Below are positions 9,101 through 17,900 of a stretch of DNA of 44,954 nucleotides, piece by piece. Every line of letters begins with the position of its first letter. The stretch's first letter is position 1. The stretch comes from an uncultured Lachnospiraceae bacterium. GTDB taxonomy: Bacteria > Bacillota > Clostridia > Lachnospirales > Lachnospiraceae. The notes beneath the pieces were generated by a model, which was not told the DNA's origin, made no database searches, and saw nothing but the letters and a program-made list of their open reading frames with translations. The stretch covers positions 1-44,954 of the forward strand of contig CABQGZ010000001.1 in NCBI GenBank assembly GCA_902463835.1, given 5' to 3'. Position numbers and translations under genes: made by a program.

Positions 9101-11908
9101 AAATTTGGCGGATGGGGAGATGTGAATGTACTGGATTATGCGTACGATAACTTTACCATCTACGTGATGACCACCTCGGACGGAAGCACAAAGCAGAACA
9201 ATAACCCGTGCGCATATCAGGTAGTATATCGCCGCAATAAGAATGGTGCGGGAGAGGGATTCCCGGCGGGAACACCGTATTTTGAGATTTGTAAGCATAC
9301 GCCTTCCTCTGACTCCAGTCTGGGCAAGGTAGCATTGCCGGAAGGCTTCAACGATCAGGAATGGCATGACTTCCAGATTCAGACTTTTGACGGCAAGGTA
9401 GGCTTTGTGATCGATGGAACGCCGCTGCTCTCCATTGATGACGGACAGTACACTCACGGCGGAATCGGTTTTGGCGGAATCAACAGCACCTGCTATCTGG
9501 ACAACATCCAGATCATCACAAATCCTGTTTCCAACGCGGAGCTCTCTCTTGATTTTGAGGACGGACAGCTTCCGGAATTCTACTTTACATCGGATGATGT
9601 GAACAGAGTGACACAGGCAATTGCGGAAGAAGATGGAAATAAGATTCTGAAGCATTACAGCGGAGATGGTCATGCATTCTACCAGACCAACGCATCGTGG
9701 GAGAATTATCTGGTGAACTTCAAGTGGAAATTCGGCGGATGGGGCAATGTAAATGTACTGAACTATGCGTACGATAATTTTACCATCTATGTGATGACCA
9801 CTTCGGATGGAAGCACAAAGCAGAATAATAACCCGCCTGCGTATCAGGTGGTATATCGCCGAAATAAGAATGGCGCGGGAGAAGGATTCCCGGCGGGAAC
9901 ACCGTATTTTGAGATCTGCAAGCATACACCCAGCTCGGATTCCAGCCTGGGCAAGATAGCATTGCCGGAGGGCTTCAATGATCAGGAATGGCATGATTTC
10001 CAGATTCAGACCTTTGACGGCAAGGTAGGCTTCGTGGTGGATGGAGTGACGCTGCTTTCCGCAGATGACGGACAGTACACCCACGGCGGAATCGGATTTG
10101 GCGGAATCAACAGCACCTGTTATCTGGATGATATTGAGATTATAACAAACCCGTCCTATGTGACATATGACAAGAAGCTTGGACTTACGAATATAGAGAT
10201 GAACGGCGTGTTCAATCCGAATTACTATGACTACTATGTGGCGGTGAAGGATACGGCAAAAGACGTTACCTTCAAGATGCCGCGGGTGACAGCCGCAGGT
10301 GTGAAGCTTACGGCAACGATTAATGGAGAAGCCATCACGGATATGAAAAATGCTGTTACGCTGGAGCTTCGAAACGGAATCAATGAACTGGTGATCACGG
10401 AAGGCGCGGCAGCAGGCGACAAGGTCTATCGGGTAAAGATTCACAAAGCCATGAAGGTAAGCGGAACGGAAGCCATATCGGCAGTGATCACAGAGACTGG
10501 TGTGGAGCCAAAGCTTCCGGCGACCGTGAACGTGACCTTTGCGGACGGAAGCACACAGGAGACCGCTATCAATTGGAAGCGTGTACATCCTTCTATGTAT
10601 AAAAAGAACGTGACCTTTACCGCAAAGGGAAGTCTGGATGGGTTCGCGTATGAGGTTGAGACCACGGTTGAGGTCCAAGGCTTGGAAAGCGTGGATAGAC
10701 TTTCGGAGATTACAACAAAGGCAGGAACCGCACCGGTATTGCCGGAGACGGTTACCGCTCGCTATTCCGACGGGGATCGCGCACTGGCACTGACCTTTGC
10801 AGAGATGGATTCCAAACTGTATGAAAATGCAGGAACTGTGGTGTGTGTGGCACAGGCGGAAGGTTATACAGGCGTTGTACTTCAGATTGTAAAAGTAGAG
10901 GCGGATGAGCCAGTTGTAAAACCGGTGAATAAGTATCTGCTCCAGCGCACCTATGATTATGCGGTAACCTTGAGCACGGATGGTGTGGTGGAAAGCGCAA
11001 AGGCATACTTTGAGAATACGCTGGCAGCTGCAAAAGCAGTTCTGGAGGATGAGAATGCCACGCAGGCACAGGTAGACGAGGCATGGGACAACCTGCTGGA
11101 CGGAATCTGGGGACTTGGCATCTACAAGGGTGACAAGGGCGCATTGAAAGAACTGATCGATCAGGCCAACGCCATGAACAAGGACGATTACGAGGCAGAG
11201 AACTGGGGCATGCTGGAGGACGCATTGGCAGAGGCTCAGGCAGTATATGCGGACGAGGATGCTACACAGGATGTGGTTGACGTGGCAAGGGAAGAACTGC
11301 AAAAGGCGATAGATGCGCAGGTATTGAAGCCGGTTGTGGATAAGAGCATATTGAAGCAGCTGATCGATAAGGCTATCGCTATGCTTCCGGAAGAAGCAAG
11401 ATACGTAGCGGAGAATTGGCCAAAGCTTGTGGAATCCCTGGAAAAAGGACAGAGCGTATACGAGAATGACGCTGCTACCCAGGAGGAAGTGAATGCGGCG
11501 GCGGATGAACTGTTAAATGCAATCATAGCACAGCGATTTAAGGCCAATAAGTCAAATCTGGAAAAATTGGTGAAAGAAGCGGAAGGAATTGACACCGCCT
11601 GCTATACGGAAGAGACCGTAAGTGTATTCAGAGCCGCGCTTGCAAATGCAAAGATCGTATTGGCGGACGAGACCTTGTCAGAAAACGATCAGAAGATCGT
11701 GGATGATGCGGCAAAGGTATTGGCAGATGCGAAAGCTGCATTGAAAGAGAAAACCAGTACAGATGACGGCGCCAAGAATGAAAACACTGGAAATGATTCG
11801 CCGAAGACAGGAGACACAATGCCGATCGCATTGTGGATGATGCTGGCAATGCTTGCGTTTGCCATGACAGGAGCTGCGGCAAGACGCATGGCGAAGAATA
11901 AGAAATAG
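6158..11908 (+). CDS. Giant surface protein B (1916 aa), paralog of A: signal peptide, beta-helix domain, LamG-like module, two tandem DUF1080/LamG-like modules, cadherin-like and two Big_4-like Ig domains, 4 FIVAR-like repeats, SPKTG sortase signal
   Basis: Uninterrupted ORF. MKKRMRRLAALALSAVLVLSSSGIPGKTFAADP looks like a signal peptide. 'EFFVSPDGDDANDGSYEKPFATIKAAKEAV' and 'LYVNDERATLARTQN' are collinear with protein A. 'LPATVNVTFADGSTQETAINW' and 'LPETVTARYSDGDRALALTF' are Big_4-like. The C-terminus is SPKTGD, then a TM segment, then RRMAKNKK. Confidence 0.9.
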   Translation: MKKRMRRLAALALSAVLVLSSSGIPGKTFAADPKTAGRIQAEFFVSPDGDDANDGSYEKPFATIKAAKEAVQKINGNMTGDIYVFLDSGQYYMEDTLVFGEKDSGTNGYKIVYRNLDEVGSAELIGGQKVTSKWELVDASGDPAVDADADLPASAEGKVYKTHVGTDVDFNTLYVNDERATLARTQNRANENGFDSALTPYMRSAGGGVGDLVYKAGDLDEDSINGMVNAQKRGDLNASVYMWDGGYWDWMTDTIPVSAIDVNARRLTYKTVAGHPEIYRPKYATRNNARYFVQGNLGFLDVPGEYYFNEVTGDLYYYPEGNIEDQEIVIPYVKEIIRVEGTSRDSMVENIEFSGITVKDADHTEWYAYGWNWGDAGDGLGFYPKEAEGSTQPSYCEQTERIEFQYGNITLKNTRNIAITKTRIKNSGMFGIELYLANQNARIEDCMIEYTAHGGINVDGGYPGVAGDANGDGYSRDNVIRNCIVHDIGELVGQASGITIQQSSYNTVSHVEVYNSPRRGLFLTAGHSRNGGTAFPNGDKNYNPMTELYTHHNTIEYAYLHDCQQDGGDDGAFFACYLWKGKNNKPNYVNQMVIENVAANPSMTDIAPNGINLDMGASGMELSNVKVVNPQHFNIEVNTITQYGDSIKFDNVNVDFGKHTNHLKSFDDSRMEYDKIGVTADFPSEFQQGQDEREELDDIYFSEDFENGIDYNKWSAKGNPEITTEWMSEGVLGGRQALMINSDSGKPVLYREFAESLNKVVTMKLFDRAGFNICSYDSGVSINVNITTYGRVDDGEHAVGMGIDNAIGGGSNGVYVLQIGDEKIKTDIGRFFGWHELKWDYSSGTDVKLYFDGKLVKTLTEADGVSTSFDYVAMGSEAGSGVTFFDELTIYGGREAGDPGSVALPQIPEYDSSNDNKEQLFLDFEDGQLPEFYFTSNDPNRVSQAIEEEAGNKVLKHYSGDGHAFYQTNAEWDNYLVNFKWKFGGWGDVNVLDYAYDNFTIYVMTTSDGSTKQNNNPCAYQVVYRRNKNGAGEGFPAGTPYFEICKHTPSSDSSLGKVALPEGFNDQEWHDFQIQTFDGKVGFVIDGTPLLSIDDGQYTHGGIGFGGINSTCYLDNIQIITNPVSNAELSLDFEDGQLPEFYFTSDDVNRVTQAIAEEDGNKILKHYSGDGHAFYQTNASWENYLVNFKWKFGGWGNVNVLNYAYDNFTIYVMTTSDGSTKQNNNPPAYQVVYRRNKNGAGEGFPAGTPYFEICKHTPSSDSSLGKIALPEGFNDQEWHDFQIQTFDGKVGFVVDGVTLLSADDGQYTHGGIGFGGINSTCYLDDIEIITNPSYVTYDKKLGLTNIEMNGVFNPNYYDYYVAVKDTAKDVTFKMPRVTAAGVKLTATINGEAITDMKNAVTLELRNGINELVITEGAAAGDKVYRVKIHKAMKVSGTEAISAVITETGVEPKLPATVNVTFADGSTQETAINWKRVHPSMYKKNVTFTAKGSLDGFAYEVETTVEVQGLESVDRLSEITTKAGTAPVLPETVTARYSDGDRALALTFAEMDSKLYENAGTVVCVAQAEGYTGVVLQIVKVEADEPVVKPVNKYLLQRTYDYAVTLSTDGVVESAKAYFENTLAAAKAVLEDENATQAQVDEAWDNLLDGIWGLGIYKGDKGALKELIDQANAMNKDDYEAENWGMLEDALAEAQAVYADEDATQDVVDVAREELQKAIDAQVLKPVVDKSILKQLIDKAIAMLPEEARYVAENWPKLVESLEKGQSVYENDAATQEEVNAAADELLNAIIAQRFKANKSNLEKLVKEAEGIDTACYTEETVSVFRAALANAKIVLADETLSENDQKIVDDAAKVLADAKAALKEKTSTDDGAKNENTGNDSPKTGDTMPIALWMMLAMLAFAMTGAAARRMAKNKK
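8921..10153 (+). repeat. In-frame tandem duplication: two 606-bp units (8921..9526 and 9548..10153, 627-bp period), each encoding a 202-aa DUF1080/LamG-like jelly-roll module
   Basis: Both units start CTTGATTTTGAGGA(T/C)GGACAGCTTCCGGAATTCTA and end ATCACAAATCCT / ATAACAAACCCG. My manual protein alignment shows about 18 substitutions in 202 residues. Many DNA differences are third-position changes. Confidence 0.9.
10922..11752 (+). repeat. C-terminal stalk cassette, copy 2 (4 FIVAR-like repeats)
   Basis: PVNKYLLQRTYDYAV...FKANKSNLEKLVKEAEG...LADAKAALKEK. Long near-identical DNA runs are shared with copy 3, e.g. GCTGCAAAAGGCGATAGATGCGCAGGTATT. Confidence 0.8.
11798..11908 (+). other. Cell-wall sorting signal: SPKTG motif, hydrophobic segment, basic tail
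   Basis: SPKTGDTMPIALWMMLAMLAFAMTGAAARRMAKNKK. Confidence 0.75.
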
Positions 11909-11926
11909 AAGATGCGCAAAAGAGAA

Positions 11927-11954
11927 GAAGGGGGCATCTGTGGATGTCTCTTTC
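11927..11954 (+). terminator. Intercistronic RNA hairpin between genes B and C (12-bp stem with three G-U pairs); weak terminator, attenuator or processing site
   Basis: GAAGGGGGCATC (11927-11938), TGTG loop, GATGTCTCTTTC (11943-11954). The three wobble positions are G-U only in the + strand transcript. CCGGCATTTTCC follows. Confidence 0.3.
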
Positions 11955-11986
11955 CCGGCATTTTCCATAGAAAGGAAGGGAAGTAA

Positions 11987-14900
11987 ATGAACAGAAAATG
12001 GAAGCGAATGACAGCATGTGCTTTGGCAGCAGTGGTGGCGGCAACGTCCTTTGGGATTCCCGGAGCGAAAAAGGAGGCGGAGGCGGCATATACAACCGGA
12101 AATGCCCCCTATATCAACACATGGCTTGTAGCAGGCCCCTCGGACACATCTGTAACAGATGCGATATACGAGGATGTGGCAGCGCCGGTAGAACGACCGG
12201 AGGACGGCAACTGGGCCCGGGTGGCAAAGGTGTCTGCCACCTCCTCATGGCAGAACGGCCCGTACAGTTATCCGGATCGGACCGACAGCCCCTCCGCGAA
12301 AAACAATGTGGACAAGGCTGTGGATGGAGACAAGAATACCTGCTGGCTTGCCCAGATGCATGATGCGGAAGGAGCACCGGAGAGTTGGCCCAAATGGGAT
12401 CCGGCTCCCACCTACTATCTGGAATGGAAGACACCCATCCAGGTGAAGACCGTAGAATTTTTTGACCGCTATGATTCCGGATGGGGGGATCGCCATATTT
12501 CTGAGATTGAAGAGGTAAAGGTTACATTAAAAAATGCAAAGGATGAGGTGCTGGCGGAACAGACCGTCACGGACATCAACCACAAGGGGGAGACCCCGGG
12601 AGTTGCCGCGTTTGATACGGCAGTGCAGGATGTCAGCAAAATAGAACTCCTCATCGTGCACGATGGAGTGAAGGATTTGCGGAATGTGGGTCTTGGATTC
12701 AGTGAGATCAACGTTTTCGACGGAGAAAAAACGGAGGAACCGGGACAGGGTGAGGATCCGGAGGGGACAAAGCTGGAAGTCTCTTCGGCTTCGGCATCCA
12801 CGACACTTTCCGGGAGCAGTGCTTCCTATGCGGTTGACGGAGACATGGATACGGCGTGGAAGTCGGACACCCGGCAGGGAATTGTGTGGGACGACGCTTT
12901 GACCTTGACACTGGATCTGGCGGAAGTGGCGCAGATTACGCAGATTAAGATCAATGGATTTGAGCGCGACAACAAGCAGCTCAACGTGACATATACGCTG
13001 CTTGATGAGGATGGTGCGCCCATCAAGGAAGTGTCGCAGAGCAGTATCGTGAATACAGACTTTACAGCAACCGCCATCACCAAGGCCTATAACGTGAAAA
13101 CCGTGAAGGCCAAGATTCGGGAGACCGGCGGGGCACCCAACCATCTTGGAATCAAAGAGATTGAGGTGTATGGGATAGCTGGAAAAACAGAAGCTCCTGA
13201 GGAGCCGGAGGAAGAGCCTGCGATTCAGATCAGCCCCAAATTGGGAGATACATTCGGAGACGCCAGGTGGGAGTACTTCGATGACCGAATCTTTAACCGC
13301 AACCTGGATGACTGGCAGGATCTGTACGGCTATTACACGGTGAAAAAGGGAATCTCCACGGAGAATAAATATGTGTATGCCCACACCTATGTGTACAGCC
13401 CGAAGAAACAGACGGTGAATTTGCGGATGGTTACCTCTGGTCTTCACAAAGTGTATGTGAACGATAAGCTGGTACATCAGAATGATACCGCGGTGGAGTC
13501 CTCCAACAAGGATCAGTACAGACAGAGTGTTACCTTAAAGGAAGGCTGGAACAAGCTTCTGATAGAGGTGCAGCATACGAGAGTACATTATCTGGGATTC
13601 TACGCAAGACTGTGTGACAAGGATGGCAATGAGGTGAAGGATCTGATTTACTCTGTGATGGGGGATCAGGAGGAGAGCCTTCAGATTGTGACCCAGGGAC
13701 TGGACATTGACAGGACGGCGTTCGAGGAGCGCAACCAGGAGATACCTTCGAATATGTATCCGGAGAATGAACTCCCCTATGGATATACCCAGTGGCCCTA
13801 CGTATGGAACAAGCCCATTCACAGGACAAACAACTGGGCGCCCCAGGCATCCGGATTCCGCTTCCAGGCGGCAGGCGGAGCTCCCGCGTACACCTGGGAG
13901 ATTGTGGAAGGCCAGCTGCCGGATGGACTCACCATGGATGACAATGGTGTGTTGGATGGTTATTGCGAGACGGCTGGAGAGTATCCCTTTACCTTACAGG
14001 TGACAGACGCAGAAGGAAGAACAGCCACAAAGACCACGAAGATTGTGGTGAAGGAGCGTCCCAACAAATGGTTTGAAGAGGGCAAAATGTCCGCTCTGTC
14101 CCATGACACCGGCGCATATGCACAGTTCTATGATGAAAACTTCTCCTATGATCTGTGGGCGGAGCGTGCGAAAAAAGCAGGAATGACATTGCTATCCACG
14201 GAGGCGCTGCAGGCTGTTTACTATTGGCCGGGGCCGGGGGCAACCAATGCGAATCTGCAGCATCCATACACATTGGAGGAAGTGGACGGAAAGCTTCAGC
14301 CCAAGGATATGGTGAAGCTAGCCAAGGAAGCGGCAGAGAGGCATGGACTGCGCTTTGGCGTGTACTATGCCTCGGAAGGCTCCAACCGGCTTCCTAACGG
14401 ACATACCAACAATTCCAGCGGATTCTTTGCCAATGTGGAAGATCTGATGAAGCGTTATGATCCGTCATATCTGTTCTTTGACGGCGGTCCCCAGGGAAAG
14501 GGAAATGTAGATGCCATGTGGAGCGCAGTGCGTGCTTACAACGATTACGCCTTGATCCAGGCAAATGACCAAAATGAGGCTGGCGACAACGATCTGACGA
14601 TCCTGGAGACAGAGTATACTGGAAAGATGCCCTACGTGCACGGCGGATACTGGGAGACCAACATGCTGAATCAGAATAAGTATACGGTGGAGGAAGCGTG
14701 GACCCATCCGTTCTTCCAGGAGATCGGTGTCTGGGCACAGTACGCAGGCGGCAATATGCGTGATGACTGGCGGCTGTTTGCAGAATATATTATTTATTCC
14801 ATCGGCCATGGTATCGTGCCGAACTATGACCAGATGATCGTCAATACCCGCGGCGTCAACTGGAGCGGAATCGGTTTTGCCGCCGGATCGAAAGACGAAT

Positions 14901-17900
14901 ACTATTATCTGCCCCTGAACGCGCAGCAGATGATCGACATGCGTGACAAGGTGAACGCATGGATGGCAAACGAAGGAAAACCGGATCTTCATGAATCTTT
15001 GTTTGGAACAATGCCCTACTACTTTGACACCTATGAGAAGAAGGCAGGGTGGCACGAAAATACAGAAAAGGAACCTTTCCTGACAGCAAAATACGGAGAG
15101 GGTCCGGACTGGGGCTACACCGTTGCCCGGAATCAGTACATCTACATGCACATGCAGGAGAACACCATGGGCGCCGGCAGAGCCAAGGTAGGATTTACGG
15201 GCCAGGAAAGTATGGAAGTGGGACCCTTTACAGACAAGGTGTTGCACGTAGAATGGCTAAACGAGGGCAGGGAGCTGGGCTTTACCACAAGCACAAGAGA
15301 CGGAAAGAATTATATTACCATTGACACATCAGCGGTGAAAGCAGATCCGGTGGATACGATCATCAAGATCACAACGGACAGCGACAAACGTGACTTTACG
15401 CTCACCAGTGTAAAATTGTTCGGCGAGCAGACGAAGACAACAGAGCTTCAGCTGCGGGCAGAGGCTTATCTGAAGACTTATACAAATGTGTTTGCCCCGG
15501 CGCAGCTCACCTATACAAGCAGTAACACCAACGTGGCCAAGGTAGATGCCAACGGCCTTGTGACGCCGGTGGGAGCGGGAAAGGCGACGATCCAGGTTGT
15601 GGCAGAATACGAAGGCGTGCAGGCGTCCGATACCTATGCGGTGAAGGTGGACGCAGCTGGAAATATCTCTGTAGATGAGGAACTCATCGGCGTTGTGATG
15701 CGGACAGCCGGAAAAGAAACCTTCGGTAAGTTCTCTACCAATAAGAATCTTCCGATCACCTTTGAGGCGCGTACCGAAAAGGGCGGCGGCGTGAATGTCT
15801 TGTCCTATGACGATGTGACCTACCACTATGCAGTGTGTTATGGTCAGAAAGACGGGCATGTGGCGGAAGCGGACGGTTACTGGAAGGATCATGAGGTGGA
15901 CAATCTGAACGGCTTGCTGAAGATCATAGAGGATGAGGTTGTATTTAACGGCGTCATTCCAGAGGAAGAGAATGTAGCGATCTGGGCGGATATCACCATT
16001 GATGGAAAGACCTACACAACCAATAAGAACTTCTTAAGGCTGGTGCGTTCCGGCGTGCTCAATGAGAATATCGTTCCGGAGGTGAGCAGCAACGAAGCAG
16101 ATGCCGCAGCGGTAACAGATGGTATCTTAAACAGTGCGGATGGCGGCAACACCTCAAGATGGACGCCGGATCAGAGAGATCAGAATCCGACCATGACCTT
16201 TGAACTGGAGAAAGAATATACCGTGGATGGCGTGCGTGTATTCTATAACAACAAGGACAGAAAATATCTGAATACACCAAAGGAAATTCAGATTGAGATC
16301 AGCAGTGATAACAAAGAGTGGACAACCGTTGTAGAGGCGGGAGGTGTTCCATCGGCCAGCACCATCTATTGTTACGAGGACGAGAAGTATACATACGATG
16401 TAAATGCAAAGGCAAAATACGTGCGCGTCACTTTCCCGGAAGGTGCGGCGGACAGTGTAATGGATATCTTGGAAGTACAGATCCTGGGTGTAGATCTTGC
16501 GGCTGTGTTGAGCGAGATTGAGGTGACGAAGACGCCAGGCGCGGACGGCAAGGAGCTTGCCCTGGAGGTTACCGGCTATACGGGACAGGGCGAAGTACTG
16601 GATCTGACAGACGGAACTGTCACCATTACAAGCGACAACCAGGCGGTTGCTACAGTGAATGGAAACACCGTGAAGGCGGCAGGCCAAGGAACGGCTAAGA
16701 TCACAGTGCAGGCAAGCCTGAGTGGTTTTGAGGCGTCCCAGGTATTTTATGTGAAGGTAGGGGAAGACGGCGGACTTGTTCTGACGGACTACCTGAAATC
16801 CATCGCTGTGTCACTGGATAGCACCATACTGGACAATGGAGCGCACAATAAGATCAAGGCGGACATCAGCGGCAAATGGAATACCGGAGAAGCAGTGGAT
16901 CTGTCCGGGGCCAAGATCACATGTGAGTGCAGCAGTGAGAAGCTCACATATAATGCCGCGGATGGCACGATCACAGTGAAGGGAACCATCGATACAAATG
17001 AGATGGCAACAGTGAGATTCACAGTGACAGTAGACGGCGTTGCTTTGGAGAGCCAGAACTTTGACCTTGCCCTTGTTGCAAGTACCTTCAACGTTCCTGG
17101 AAGAATTGAAGCTGAGGATGGAATCATCGAAGGCGAGCGTGTCCGTGGAGAGTCAGGTGACGGCGGAACAGCTCTGGGATATATCATGGAAGGCGACGTG
17201 TATACTTACTTCGTGAATGTGGAAGAAGCAGGCGTCTATGAGGTATACTATCGTGCGGTGGCAGAGCAGATGGATAAGAGGATTCGTTTCTATGTCAACG
17301 GCGAGCTCCAGGGCAATATGAGATTCACTGAGGCTGGCGACTGGACTACCTTCACCACGCAGAAGCAGGAAGATCTTGTTCAGCTGAAAAATGGTCTTAA
17401 CATCATCACACTGAAGCCCCAGGGCGGCGGTTATATCTGTAACCTGAACTGGTTGGAGTTTGTGAAGGTTGCGGACATCGAAGAACCGGTGGAAGACCCG
17501 GCGAATAAGTATCTGCTGCAGCGCACCTATGACTATGCGGTGACCCTGAATACAGACGGTGTGGCAGAGAGCGCAAAAGCATACTTTGAGAAGACGCTTG
17601 CGGAAGCTAAAGCCGTTCTTGAGAATGAGAAAGCAACTCAGGATCAGGTAAATGCGGCATGGGACAACCTGCTTGACGGAATCTGGAGCCTTGGCATCTA
17701 TAAAGGTGAAAAGGGTGCATTGAAAGAGCTGATCGATCAGGCGAAGGCCATGAATAAGGACGATTACGAAGTTGAAAACTGGGGGATGCTGGAGGAGGCA
17801 TTGGCCAAAGCCGAGGCGGTATATGCAGATGAAGATGCTACCCAGGATATAGTGGATGCAGCGAAAGAGGAGCTGCAAAAGGCGATAGATGCGCAGGTAT

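Noticed and set aside
8921-10153. Tandem repeat as a diversity-generating (DGR-like) template/variable pair or a hypervariable contingency locus
   Set aside because: Differences between the units are scattered and include many third-position changes. They are not restricted to adenine positions. No reverse transcriptase or short simple-sequence tract is present.
8984-11302. 772-aa ORF on the minus strand, antisense to gene B
   Set aside because: It lies entirely inside a strongly supported + strand gene. Its sequence is Cys/His/Arg/Ile/Leu-rich low-complexity typical of antisense frames. It has no RBS and no recognisable domain. Its internal repetition merely mirrors the sense-strand tandem duplication.
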